A model generated the notes under the pieces. That model had not been told where the DNA came from. It was given only the letters and a program-made list of their open reading frames with translations, and made no database searches. Both the position numbers and the translations under genes were made by a program. DNA of 63,341 nucleotides, counting the filler, from Folioceros fuciformis (Eukaryota): NCBI GenBank assembly GCA_049999805.1. It is 14 parts of 14 records of this genome, joined end to end, with 100 filler letters (N's around TTAATTAATTAA, not from the genome) between each part and the next. Parts side by side here need not be neighbours in the genome. Positions count along the whole stretch, not along the records: positions 45,438 to 55,269 come from JBNGIO010002723.1; positions 55,370 to 58,283 come from JBNGIO010002724.1; positions 58,384 to 63,341 come from JBNGIO010002725.1; 11 more parts are not named here. One strand, written 5' to 3'. This document shows, piece by piece, positions 48,123 to 60,521 of the stretch. Every line of letters starts with the position of its first letter. Position 1 is the first letter of the stretch.

Positions 48123-50399
48123 TTACCCCATCCTCCCTTGTGCTACTTCGGGCTGCCTGTCCCCTGCTCTGCTGGGGTACAAGTTCTCCATCCCTCCAGC
48201 TGCTGCTGCGTCACCCAGCTCAATCCGCCTGGTGCGAGTCGCCCTCCTGAAATGCTTGGGCACAGGCGCCTCAACCCTCACTTCTTCGGGTACCGGGGTC
48301 GTGGCTTCAGCTACCGGCGTCGTCCCTCCTCCACCGGTAGCCCCTTCGGGTATCTCGGGCGTCACGAGACTACCGGTAGCTAGAGGGGCTACCGGTGTGG
48401 CCATTCGACTACCGGTAGCCCTGTCGACTACTGGCACTGTTGCTCGGCTACCGGTAGCCCTGTCGGCTACTGGCACTGTTGCTCGGCTACCGGTAGCCAT
48501 GTCGGCTACTGGCACTGTTGCTCGGCTATCGGTAGCCCTGTCGGCTACCGGTTCTGGAACTCGACTACCGATAGCCCCTTCGGCTACCGGCGTCGCCGTC
48601 CAGCTACTGCGCCCAGCCTTGCCCTTCCCTTTTATTCGCTCCTTGGCCTCATCCCGCTCCCGTTTGTAGTTGTCAACTAGCTTTTGGACTTGTTCCATCG
48701 CGGCCATCTCCTGCTCGTGAGCCTTAGCCATTTCCTGTTGCATTTCTAGGTTAGTCTCGCGGGCTTCCCTCACCTGAGCTAGGAGTGACCCTTGTTGTTC
48801 CTTCAGCGCATGGATCTCCGCCCTAGCCTAGCGCGCCTCTTCCTCTACTTGTGCCTTATCCTCGCTCAGGGTCTGCTACTTCTTTTCCAGGAGCCGTCAT
48901 GCTGTCTCAGACTCCGCCAGCTGCCTCCAGTCTTTGGCCTCCTTCCCTCTCGCCTCTGCCTCCTTGCTCCAGGCCTCAACCTCTCTTTCCGCCTGCATGC
49001 TCAGCCAGGTCAGAGCCTTGGCTGCCTGGTCCAGCAAGTCTGCTTGTGCCTGTACCATGGTTGAGGTTAGTTCCGGCAGATCCACCTCCTGTGACTCCCC
49101 AGGAGCCATTCCCCTCTTGGTTATTTGCCTCCCCTGTAGTGCTTGCAACTTCTCCAGCTCCCCTACCTGCAGCCTATCCACTTCTCGGATTTTTCTAAAA
49201 ACCTCTTCCCATTCTGGGAAGTTTTTCTGCTCCAAAACGAGCCCTAATTCACCCATAACCTCAGGAGGAGCCACTTCCATTTCTGGCACTTGCTCCTGAG
49301 GTGCTTCCGGCTCCACCTCGTGGGGTTCCTGCTCCGCTAGCTCTTGGTATGTTGGCTCTTGGTCGGCTTCTTGTTCCTCCTCAGCCCGTTCCAGGGCTAC
49401 CTCATGTAACGGCGACCCACTTCCTTTCCTGACAATCTGACCACTGGCCCATCTCCTCTTGGCGGGAGCCTTCTTCCCGGGCCCTGCCTTCCTCTTTTGC
49501 TTGGCGGGGGTCCTCTCCTCCAAACTATCCGCACCGCCCGACTCTAAGCTGCTGGAGTCGGCTCTTGCTGGTTCGGCGGGCTTCCACTTCACATCCCTTA
49601 TCGACCTCCACATTTGCAACGAGGCTAGCACTTCCAGTTCAGTCACTAGGTTAGCATTACAGTAGATGTGAATTAGAAAGGGAGAAATCATCGAGGGCCG
49701 GGGAGAGGACAAAGTTAGATTCTGCCTCTCCTCGTCCATCCTGGCGTACAGGATTTTCCCCCAGCCTACCTTGCTCCCCTTGACTACCTTGTGCACAAAC
49801 ATGAGCATCTAGTCGGACAGATAATCCTACTTGCGAACCTGCAGGAAATACAGGAACCACCTGGCCAAACCCATCAGCTGAGGGTTGGCCATGTCGCAAA
49901 CCAGCCACCCGTTGGTGCTAGGTTTGAGTAGCTCCTTGACGTCTGCTGTGCCACCTCGTTTCTTCAAAGACTCCAGCACCAGTCCTCCCTCCTCTTGTTG
50001 ATCGCGGCCATACACTCGCCTTACCAGCTCCAAGTTCCACCCCTGGGGTCTGCCGCAGATTCCCTCTTCTTGGACGGGCTCTCTCATCGTTAGGGTTCAC
50101 TCCCTGACAAGCTGCGGCGCCGCATGGTTCCACCTCTGGGTCATGAACCTGAGGCCTAGTTCTCCGACTAGTCCTCCGGCTCTAACCCTCCAGTGCTCCA
50201 TATTGGGCCATAGGAGAACATTGATCTTTGGTACTAGGGATTCTCCTTCTTGCTTAGGAACCGTTACTCCTGCAGCAACTCTGGTCGCGACTTCATCCTG
50301 CCTGATTCTTCCCCGTACTCCGAACCCTGCTGCCCTCTTGCGCCTGTGGTCGCCAGGCTCTCCGCCCGTTCTGCTACACCGCCTAGGCTTCCACTCCAC
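48123..50399 (-). pseudogene. ~750-aa accessory ORF1 (conserved N-terminal domain, acidic linker, coiled coil, 13-aa repeats)
   Basis: One frame from 50087 to 48123 with internal stops, plus a frameshifted N-terminus. N-terminal domain highly similar to 61013-61838. ATGSRATVPVADR repeats (39 bp) at ~48370-48590. Confidence 0.8.
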
Positions 50400-50927
50400 C
50401 CCCGACCGTTGTCGCGCTTTGCGGCTACTCCTACTCCAGCTCCAACCTGCGGACGCCCCTGCCTCGATTGCTGCCCAGTTTCCCCCCTGTCTCTCTCTAG
50501 GGTTTTATACTACCGGTCCCATTCCACTATTGCTGGTTGGTCTACCGCCGGTTCCCCTTCCACGACGGTCGCCCAATCGGCTACCGTCGCCCATTCATCA
50601 CACTCCGGTTTTCCACCTAAGTCCACAACTACCTAGGCCCGTACCCCATTTCCTATTTCTTATTTTCCAGGGGGGGGTTACATATATACCTGAGTGCACC
50701 TGAGTGCCCCCGAACCACCAAGGGCCAAGGACACACTCGCCCACACTTCTCCTTGGTCTTGTCACTTAATCCTATCAAACCACTAAGGACCGAGGAGCCT
50801 TTTGGGTATAAATACCCAAGTATTATTTCCATACTAAGCTGATCCACTTGCATCTACACAAAAAAACACTACGTGTTCATTCTGCTCTTCAAAATGGGAG
50901 TCCCAAAAGTTTTTTTTCCTCTACATA

Positions 50928-50938
50928 CTCCCCTTCTC
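50928..50938 (-). promoter_or_regulatory. Polypurine tract GAGAAGGGGAG
   Basis: Lies between the integrase C-terminus and TA-TGTAGAGG. Confidence 0.8.
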
Positions 50939-50984
50939 ATTTGTTGGCGTCCTCGCCAACCTACACATAATATTTCTTTACTCG

Positions 50985-53145
50985 TCAAACATTAACCTTG
51001 GTTGGCAGGGACTGTCCATCCATTTGCTCCAGCTGAATGGAGCCATTGTCAAAAACTTCGGTTACCTTGTAGGGCCCCATCCACCTCAGATGCAACTTCC
51101 CTGGGAAGTGCATATACCTCTTGTCATACAACAAGGCCAAATCTCTAGGTATCACCCACTCCTGCTTCCTCAACCTTCGGTCATGCCATGCCTTCCTCTT
51201 GGCTTGCATCTCCTGCATCGCCTCCAATGCTTGCTCCCTATCCTCAGTGTGCCTCACGAAACTGACCAAGCGCTCCAGCTGACTCTCTTCCACTGACATT
51301 CAGTTTTCTCTTTGGATGCGCAGGGTTGGAACTTTGAACTCCACAGGCATCACCGGGTGATGCCCATAAGTGAGGTAGTAGGGCATCTTTTGAGTGGTAA
51401 TCCTCTCTGCGGTCCTATACGCACACAGTGCTGAGTGGAGTTTGAGATCCCAGTCATACGCATACTCTACCATCAATTTGTTCAGTATCCAGCAGAGCAG
51501 CCCGTTTGCTTTCTCTGTCAGCCCATTCGCCTTCGGGTTATAAGGGGTAGTCCGCCGGTGTTGTACTTTGAAGTGCTCTACCAGGTGAGTGATAACTTCG
51601 TTGACAAAGTGCGTTCCCCTGTCACTCACTAGCTCCAGTGGATAGCCATAGCAGGCGATCACCTGCTCAAACAGGAACTTTGCTACCACATGGGCGGTAT
51701 CTACCTGGAGTGACTGCGCTTCCACCATTCGTGTGCAGTAGTGCGTCGCGACCAGAATGTACTGATTTTGTCGAACTCAGGTTTTTGGCTGGATCGGCCC
51801 CACAAAGTTGATTCCCCATTTTTCGAATAGAGCCAAGGCCAGGATCGGTACTAGGGGCCACTGTGTTGTCGGGGTTGGCTTCCCAACTCGCTGACACGTG
51901 TCGCACCTTTTGACAAACTCAGCCGTGTCTCTGTACATGGTCGGCCACCAGTAGCCTGCTTCCAGCATTTTCCTACAGCTGATATGAGCAGCAAAATGGC
52001 CTCATGCCTCTCCATCGTGCAACCCGTTTAGGACTCTCTCGACCTTCTCCCCGGTCACCCAAAGTCGCTGCCTCCCATCTGGTCCCATTCGATACAACTT
52101 GCCCCCATTGCGAGTGAATGGCCTAGCATAGTGCACGAAGGCCTGCACCTGCTGGCTCGACAAGTCAACGGGAACGACTCCCGTCTCCAGGAATTCTGCT
52201 ACCTCATGGTAGGTGGGTTTGATGAACTTGCCCCTCCCCTTCTCATCTCCTGTTGCACCCTCATCTTCCCATCCTCTACGGTTAGGCACAGCCGCTTCGC
52301 CCTCCATCTCTACTGCGAACAAAGTTTCATCAGGAAACTCATCCTCCTGATCCTGGGCTAGTCTCCACTGTGAAGGTAAACTCTTGCAGCAACAAGATCC
52401 ACCTGGCTATTCTTCCCGACAAGTCTACCTTGTTCACCAGATGCTTCAGTGCAAAGTGATCCACATGGAAAACGAATTCGTAAGATAACAAGTAGTGTTG
52501 GAACTTTCTGACCGAGTACACCATTCCCAGCGCCTCTCTCTCCATGGTGGTGTACTTCCGTTCTGCCTCGGTGAGTTGTCGTCCAATGTAGTAAATTGGA
52601 TAGTCCCTTCTCTTCTCATCTCGCTGGCTGAGTACCACTCCAATCGCAAAGGCAGAGACATTGACGTACATATGAAACTTTTTATTCCAGTCAGGCCCCT
52701 TGAGCGTCTTAGCTGTGATAAGTGTCGTCCGCAGATCCTGGAAGGCATCCTCCCTTGATACCGTCCATTCCCACTCTTCGTCCTTCCTTAGTAGTCTGGT
52801 CAAGGGGGCAGCTCTCTTGGCAAAGTTTTTAATAAACCTTCGATAGTACCCCACCATGCCCAAGAATCCCCTCAACTCCTTCAATGTCGTCGGCGGTTTG
52901 AGGGCTGCAATGATTTTCACTTTGTCCGGATCAACCTCAATCCCTCTTCCTGAGACCCTATGCCCCAGCAAAATGCCTTCAGTCATCCCAAAGTAACACT
53001 TCTTCGGATGCAGACACAGCTTGGCCTCCCTACACCTTTCCAAGCATTTCCTCAGATGTTGTAGATGATCCTCCTATGTCTCGAATACACAAAAGTCGTA
53101 TAGGAAAACTTCCATGAAGTCTCGGAGGAAGTCTTTAAAAATTTG
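50985..53145 (-). pseudogene. pol: Athila-like (non-chromovirus) gypsy pol: RT C-half, RNase H, integrase
   Basis: FMEVFLYDF (mutated YxDD), KKCYFGMTEGILLGHRVS, GYYRRFIKNF, YTTMEREALGMVY, YWWPTMYRD..CDTCQ, FEKWGINFVGP, LVSDRGTHF, PKANGLTE, GKLHLRWMGPY. Confidence 0.95.
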
Positions 53146-53529
53146 AGGGATATAGGGATTGAGAGCGAAGACCATGTTGCCTACACTTCCTACCTTGGTT
53201 GATCCTACCAATTCTGATAGCAGCTTAAAAATAAAGCTTGCATTTAGGGAAACGAAAAGTAGTTGGAAGCTTTGTAAGCAGAAGAAGGAGCGATCATTCA
53301 TGGAGCGTGTAGTTGCTGGAACAGACACACCTGAAGCATGGAGCGTGTAGCTGCTGAAATAGACACACCTAGAGCATAGTTTCTGTTAGATGTGGCATTG
53401 GTATATCGTACTAAGTAGTTTTCATTATTGCTTGCTGGAATCATAAATGTGTGTACATATACCATTTTGAGATTATATGGATGGGCAAAACGATGCTTCC
53501 ACTTTAAGCCATAAATTTTGCATGGGTAT

Positions 53530-55269
53530 TGTGGGGTTAAAATATGGTACCTGGGGGTACCGCAAGGTCCATACAAGCCCTCTATGTCGTTGTAGCTCTG
53601 GGATTGGATCCCAAGGGAATGATTTGTGTTAAACTACACAGGTTAGCTTCTAAAGTCAATTAACACCTAAAGCTCGACTGACCCACACACACACGGCCAA
53701 TGCTCGGACCTTACCAAGCCCCCTTACTTCTCCCACCAGACGACCCCTCGACCACCCAGTTGCCCCAGGGACTACCTCGCCCTGGACTACTCTTGGTTGC
53801 CCACCGGGCTACCCTCCGTTCCCCAATGGACTACTACCGTCGCCCTCTGGACTACCTCCGTCGCCTGACGGTCTACCACTCGTGGGTCCCACTCTCTCTC
53901 TCTCTAGGGTTTTCTCTCCCTAGGGTTTCGTCTCTCCCTCTGGGTCGTTCCTACCCGACTGATTACGTCCTGCCCGCGCATACCCTTTTACGTTTCCCTT
54001 CCTTGGTTCAGCACAAAACCGCCTCACTCACCTCAAGAACAAGCGCACGCACACATGAACAGCAGCAATTTGTTGGACGCCTTCCACCCGCGTGATCTCA
54101 CACCTTAGATACACCCCCTGCGGTCTCAATTCAGCTTCTTTACAGCCTCTCCAGTCTCATCACGACCAGACACACATACACACCACGTCTTGTTGCACCC
54201 CACACACATTACGCACCTCGCTTGCAGGGTTTCCCCGGCTTTGTTCTGTCTTACCCCACTCACCAGTTCTCTGTATACATTCTGCCGTCTTAACAGTCGT
54301 CGAATCACTTCCACTCCGCTTCACTTCCTTCTTCCACTCCTTCTGGCGTCCTTTTCGCATTCGCTCTTACTCACTACTCGGCCACTCCCTCCTCCTCCTT
54401 CTCACACACGCGCACTCTCGCGCTCTCCTTTCTTCGGTTCTTCAGTCTTCTTTCTCAGCAATGCCCCTCCTTGGCTTCTATTAACGTTGAGGAATGGTGA
54501 GGTACTGGGGCTAAGGGAAGAGGAGTCCCTTCCACTCCGAACTCGCGGATTCGGCTTCGGCACCCGCACCACCCCACGTGACCACCTCGAGGATAGCTGG
54601 GGAGCTTCTCTCCCACTCGGCGAGGCTCCTCCTCCCGATTCGTCCCCGAACCTGATCACGGAGGGCCCACCACCTACACCCGCACCCCAGGTTGCTATGT
54701 GCGCTCGCTTGCCTGGACCTCCTGTCCAGCAACGGCCATCGCTAGGTCCCTGCAAGGTCGACTGTTCAGCTGGTTCTAGCTGATTTCTTAGGCCTTCAAA
54801 CCGGCCTCTTGTACACGGTGATGGCGGTTTTTTCTGCCATAAAGTTTATCAGGCAGGGGAGCTGTGCTCTTAAATTCTGAGCGACTTAGGTCCAAATAAA
54901 GCACGCTAAAAAAATCCTATTCTAGCCTGCATTTACTATCGCCCTTTGCCACGCCGCTGGCGGCTTCTTCCTGGCCTTCGTGCGTCACCCCTCGCTGCTC
55001 CTTCTCTGGTTGCTGAGGACAGCCACAGGCCCCCGTTCTACCCAGCGCTGGGCCTCCTGTTCCGTTAGTTCCTCCAGAACTGCCTCCACATAGCAGTGGG
55101 GCAGTCCTGTCACCCACCAGCTGTAGTGGTAGAGTCCCAGGCGCGTCCTCAACTGCAGGTCGTAGCCCCGCGTCCCTCCTATGCTCATACGTACATACAG
55201 AAACAGCTTCAGAACCCTGGCCCCTTTTACATACAGGCCTGGCACATAGGAGCCTCCTCCTCATACTGC
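53530..55269 (-). mobile_element. 3' part of LTR family B, including ORF2, ending ...CCCCACA
   Basis: ORF2 copy at 54985-55269 links it to 47800-48111. Distal ~1 kb is homologous to 22200-23529. No primer-binding site (PBS) after the CA, so a 3' or solo LTR. Confidence 0.72.
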
Positions 55270-55369
55270 NNNNNNNNNNNNNNNNNNNNNNNNNNNNNNN
55301 NNNNNNNNNNNNNTTAATTAATTAANNNNNNNNNNNNNNNNNNNNNNNNNNNNNNNNNNNNNNNNNNNN

Positions 55370-58283
55370 GGAACTCCTTTTAATGACTTGTATCTCTTGG
55401 ATGTCAGGACTCTTTCCCAAGCACCCACAGCTCAGGACAGCCAGTCTCCATCACTATCTCCCACTCAGTTGTGGCATTGTCGTTTGGGACACGTCAACTT
55501 TCAGCGTTTGTCTTTGTTGGTGAATAACACAGTCTTTAGAGATTCCCTGTCGTTCTCATTTGATAACCATGCTTTTTGCGATTCCTGTCAAGTTAGCAAA
55601 GCCATTTCCCAGCCATTTAGAGATCAGAACTTATCCAGAGCACCTGGTCTTCTCCACATAGTTCATAGTGACCTTTGTGGCCCCATGTCCACAGCCTCCT
55701 TTGGGGGTGCCCAATATTTCCTGACCTTCACTGACGAGTGGAGCAGATACTGTACAGTATATGTGCTGCATAGCAAAATGACACTTTCACCTGTTTCCAA
55801 GATTTCGTCACTATGGCTCAACGACAGACAGGCTGCAAACTCAGGATTTTGAGGTCAGACAATGGTGGAGAATACATTAGTCATGCCTTTTCAGACTTTT
55901 GTGCAACAGAGGGAGTTCTTCATCAGTTTACAGTACCATATACACCTGCCCAGAATGCGTTTGCTGAACGCAAAAAATGTACTTTACAAGAGGCCACTCT
56001 TTCTAGTTTGTCTTTTGCTGGACTGACTCGTGGCTACTGGGCAGAAGCTCTCGTTGCAGCTACTTATGTGCAGAATCATCTCCCTACCAAAGAACTTGGG
56101 CTCATTACACCATATGAACGTTGGACAGGCAAGAAGCCACGCATCACTCACTTGCAGATTTTTGGCAGCCCTGCATATGCCTTTGTACCTTCTCAGCTAA
56201 GACGTAAGCTCGACCCAAAGGCTGTTCGTCGAATCTTTGTTGGCTATGCTGAGGAAGTGAAGGGTTACAAGCTGTTTGATCCCAGTACTCGGCAAGTTAC
56301 TTATTCACGCAGTGTGATTTTCCATGAGAATGCTTTACTTCGTCGACATGACAGCTTGTTATAACCTTCTTCTGTGTTGCCTCCTGCCACTATCCATGGT
56401 GTTGATGACGACGCTGATTTTGCTGATGGTAAGGACACTGATGTTGTTGTTTTTGATTTTGAGGATACAACTCCTTCAGCTTCATGGGGGCACATCAACC
56501 AACCAGCATCACCTCAGCCATCACAGTCTGTGTCATCTTCTTTTGAATCAGATGAGTCTACTTTACCTGCTGAGTTTGCTCCTGTTGATGAATCTGTAGC
56601 AGTTGATCCTCTAGTGCCTCCTGATTTACCTTTAGTTGCAGCCCCTGATCCTCCTTCTGTCGAAGACACACCATCCTCACCTGTCCTTCGCAGGTCTACC
56701 AAGTCTAGACCCCCTCGCCATGAGTGGACAAAACCACCATTTGTTGCTGGTGTAGCTTCCAAAACTCATGTTCCAAACTTTAACACTTATGAGCCAACTA
56801 GTTACCTTGAAGCCATCACAGGCCCTGAGGTAGAATTCTGGAAGGAGTCCATACAGTGTGAATACAACTCTTTAATGGAAAATGGTACTTGGAAACTCGT
56901 AGACTTACCAGAAGGTCGTAAACCAGTAGCTTGTAAATGGGTTTTTAAAAAGAAACTCAACACAGATGGCAGTGTTGGCCGCTACAAATCTAGGTTAGTA
57001 GCTAAAGGATATAGCCAAGTTGCTGGGTTAGACTATAATGAGACATTTGCGCGTGTGGTGAAGTCTACTTCAGTCAAAATATTGCTATCTCTAGCAGCCC
57101 ATTTTGGTCTTCGCGTTCACCAACTAGACGTTTAGACAACATTTCTTATTGGTACATTAGAAGAAGAGATTTACATGCATCAGCCTGAAGGTTTTGTTAT
57201 AGACGAGGAGAAAGTTTGCCTATTGCTCAAGACACTTTATGGCCTGAAACAATCCAGCCGAGCTTGGAATGAAACGTCTCATTCTCTGCTGATAGAATTG
57301 GATTTTACCTGCTTGGATGTTGATAGTACTGTCTACATATTATGGGATGGAGATGACTTTCTTATTATATCCGTTTATGTGGACGACAACTTCCTTTTCA
57401 GTACTTCCTTGGCGTTGATGGCCAGAATCAAAAGTGTTCTTTTATCTCGTTTTGACATGACCGACCTTGGGCAACTTTGTTTTTCTCTTGGTGTTCAGTT
57501 CCAATTTTCTCAAGATAGGCATACAGTTGAGTTGCATCAGGAGCACTTTGTCACTCAGCTACTTCAGAAGTTCAACATGGCTGAGGCACGCCCTGTGTCA
57601 ACACCTATGTCAACAAGTGAGAAGCTATCCAAGGAACACTGCCCAACTACACAAGAAGAGAAGGACTTGATGGCCACTCGCCCATACAGGCAGGCAGTTG
57701 GTAGTCTTCTATATCTAGCATCTTGGACAAGGATGGATATATCCAGGGCTGTAAGCAATGTTTCTCAATTTTTAGAGAACCCGGGAGAGGTGCACTGGGC
57801 AGCAGTTAAGAGAATATTCCGTTATCTTAAGGGAACTCCTCGTTTAGGCCTGAAGTATACCAAGCAGGCTACTGGATTGGAGCTAGTTGGATTTTGCGAT
57901 GCGGATTGGGCTGGTGATCCGGATTCAAGAAGGAGCATAGTAGCTTATTGTAACCTGTTGGGTGGCTCAGTGGTATCCTAGTTGAGCAAGAAGGTTACGA
58001 CCATTTGTCTATCATCCACTGAAGTTGAGTATGGAGCACTGTCTCAAGCTGCCCGTGAAGTCATTTGGTTACGTTCCTTTCTATGTGGTCTTCAACAGTT
58101 GCCAGCTAGAGCTACAAGGTTGTGGTGTGGCAACCAATTGGCTATAGCACTCACGAAAAACCCGATTTTTCACACCCGCTCCAAGCATATCGAGATCACA
58201 CATCACTTCATTAGACAAGCTTATGACAAAGGAGAGGTAGATGTTCGATATATTCCAACAGGTGAGAATGTTGCTGATGTCCT
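55370..58283 (+). mobile_element. pol: Ty1/copia pol pseudogene (pre-integrase, IN, RT, RNase H)
   Basis: LWHCRLGH, IVHSDLCGP, RSDNGGEY, YKSRLVAKGYSQ, YGLKQSSRAWN, VYVDD, GFCDADWAGD, HTRSKHIEITHHFIR. Stops at 56362, 57133 and 57979. Confidence 0.96.
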
Positions 58284-59863
58284 NNNNNNNNNNNNNNNNN
58301 NNNNNNNNNNNNNNNNNNNNNNNNNNNTTAATTAATTAANNNNNNNNNNNNNNNNNNNNNNNNNNNNNNNNNNNNNNNNNNNNGGTATACGGTTCGTATA
58401 CATACACCCCCCCCTATATTTTGTGTGTATTTGACATGTATTAACATATATTTAATTCATCTATGGTATCCATATTTATGTATAATTTTTCCTTTTTTCC
58501 CTAATTTCCTTTTTCTTTTTCTTCTTTTTCTATTTCCTCTCTTATTTTTTTGGATTTAATTTCAGAAATTACGACTTTGCTCTTTCTCACCTATTTTCTT
58601 CCCCCAATAGTCCGGGAACTGTCCTAGGACCCCGAGATCAATTTTTGATGGCCGAGGAACCGTTCCGGTTGGAAGCCGATTCTCCTAAATAAGCTGTCGA
58701 TTTTAGGCCCGGTTCCGGCTACTGATCACTCTTCTTTTGATATCTCCCCTTTTTTCTCCCATTTCTCATACTAACACCAAGGGCCTTCCGTCTGAGGATT
58801 GTTTGGTAGTCCAACGACCCACTGTCCCTTGAGGCCAGCGGTTGGATGTAATGGATGCATGTTTGCTACTCTAACCCACTTTAGCAGGGGTTCAACTTTT
58901 GCAAGCTCTCCACTCACATCTTTTGCTGTGTTCTTCTTGCTTCTAACACGTTCTGGGTAGGTCTTACCTACTGTCCGTGGGCCCTGTAGAACATCCCTTT
59001 AGGACTAAACTAACAAACTAACAAGTGCTCCTCCCATAAGGGCTGTGCTGTGTATCAGCCACCGTGGGACCTGCTAAGGGAGATGCTGTAGTAGTGAAGG
59101 TGACTAGCTGGAGGCAACCTCAGCCATCATCGGAACAATGGCAAGAGAAGCCTTTGCCTCAACAATAAGAAGGCGGCGCCGACCATATCTAGAAGAGTAG
59201 ACAATTCCCAACGATCAGCAAAGGCTGTTGGTAGGGCTAGCAAGGGGGTTGGCAGCTCGTCAAGTTGATGGTAGGGTAGACTAGTCTAGAATAATGGTGT
59301 GCTATAAACTATTTTTTTGGTTGTCGTGTTCTAGTGGTCAACTTGTAGAGAGAGGAAGGGGACTAGAGTTAGGAGTCCTCTATAAGAGGTTGTGAGCCTC
59401 TAGAACCTGCTTGTCACTTCACTATCTCTCTCGGGCTGTCCTTGCTTGGATACAGCACCCTGTGCTACTTGCGTTGCTCTTTCCACGCTTGCTCCGGTGT
59501 AGAATCAATAATTAGGAGGTAGAGGAGTCCATCCAAAAGATGTCAAGATCGCCCTCCTTATGGCCTCGGGATCTGTGATCCCTCCTTTGATAAGGTCCTC
59601 CAAGACTATCAACCTTGGTTGAGCTTTTCGTTGGTCAATTTCCTCTTAGGCTGGTCAAGGGGCAGGGGTCGGAATTACTCCGGCGGGTGGCGAACTAGGA
59701 GGGCGAGCCCCTTGGCCTTTCTTCCTCTCATGCGGTGAAGGGGGCCGTTTCACCCCAGACAATCCGATTCCATGCGTCTCGTTATAGTCAAGCTGGGCTG
59801 CCAATCGGACCAGCTCCATTCGGACTGCTTCCTCCCGAGTCCTGGGTGGTCCTGTTGCTCTCG

Positions 59864-60521
59864 CTACTTGAGGTAGGAAGTCTTTTGGCTTCGGACTTGG
59901 TGGGGGTGGAGCACTCTGGATAGGAATCCTCCGTCATGTCGTAGACATCGCCTGGATAGTGCGTCACTTAGGCGGGGGTGCTGGAGCTGATGGAGTGTCC
60001 ACCTTCCTTTTGGAGGAGGGGAGTTGGGTGCCAACGCCATAGAAGGAGATGCTGGAGCAGCTTTGCCGCTATCCTCCGACGGGTCCGATATAGGCAGTGG
60101 GACTGGTGTGGTGGGAAGAGCCTTGGGCTGTGCCGCAGGCGTGGTCATCTTCTTCCGAGGAGCAAATGCCGAGGCGGGGGCTAAAGTAGTCGGGGCTGGT
60201 GGTAGCCTAGCGAGGGCCGTCCTTTCCAAATCCGTCAAGACCTTGTAGTGGTCCCAGATATGGAAAAGAAAGGGTGCCAGCCTGGAAGGCGGGGGCTTCT
60301 CCTTCCTGAGCTTGCGAACATCAAACTGAATCCGATGGGCTACCACTTTCCCCCAATCCACCGGTGTGCCTTTTGCCAGTTCGTAGAGAAGCAGAAACAC
60401 CCCATCAACTATATGGTCCGTTTTGGTGACCAATAGCCAGTTGACTATCAGGCGTGCCACTTCTCGGATGCAAGGGTCCTTCAAGTCATGGATCAACCAC
60501 CTTTTGGTGGTCTTGGCGGAG
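59864..60521 (-). pseudogene. Gypsy accessory ORF homolog (third subfamily), cut by an LTR-B-like insertion
   Basis: RWLIHDLKDP.IREVARL..LLYELAKGTPVDWGKVVA..SRLAPFLFHIW..VLTDLE. Confidence 0.75.

Larger units (their letters stand above)
47771..50925 (-). mobile_element. 3' LTR family B (5' portion), containing ORF1 and ORF2
   Basis: Follows the integrase end, a PPT and a 2-nt spacer. Starts TGTAGAGG, the same boundary seen at 21901 and (related) at 60522. Confidence 0.7.

Noticed and set aside
45617-48669. Long antisense ORFs (45617-46456 -, 47869-48669 +)
   Set aside because: Shadow frames opposite the gag and accessory ORF coding strands.
53192-53246. Resemblance to the 18S rRNA 5' end (TACC.TGGTTGATCCT.CCA)
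   Set aside because: Only an 11-nt exact core with a gapped extension, and no continuation into rRNA sequence.
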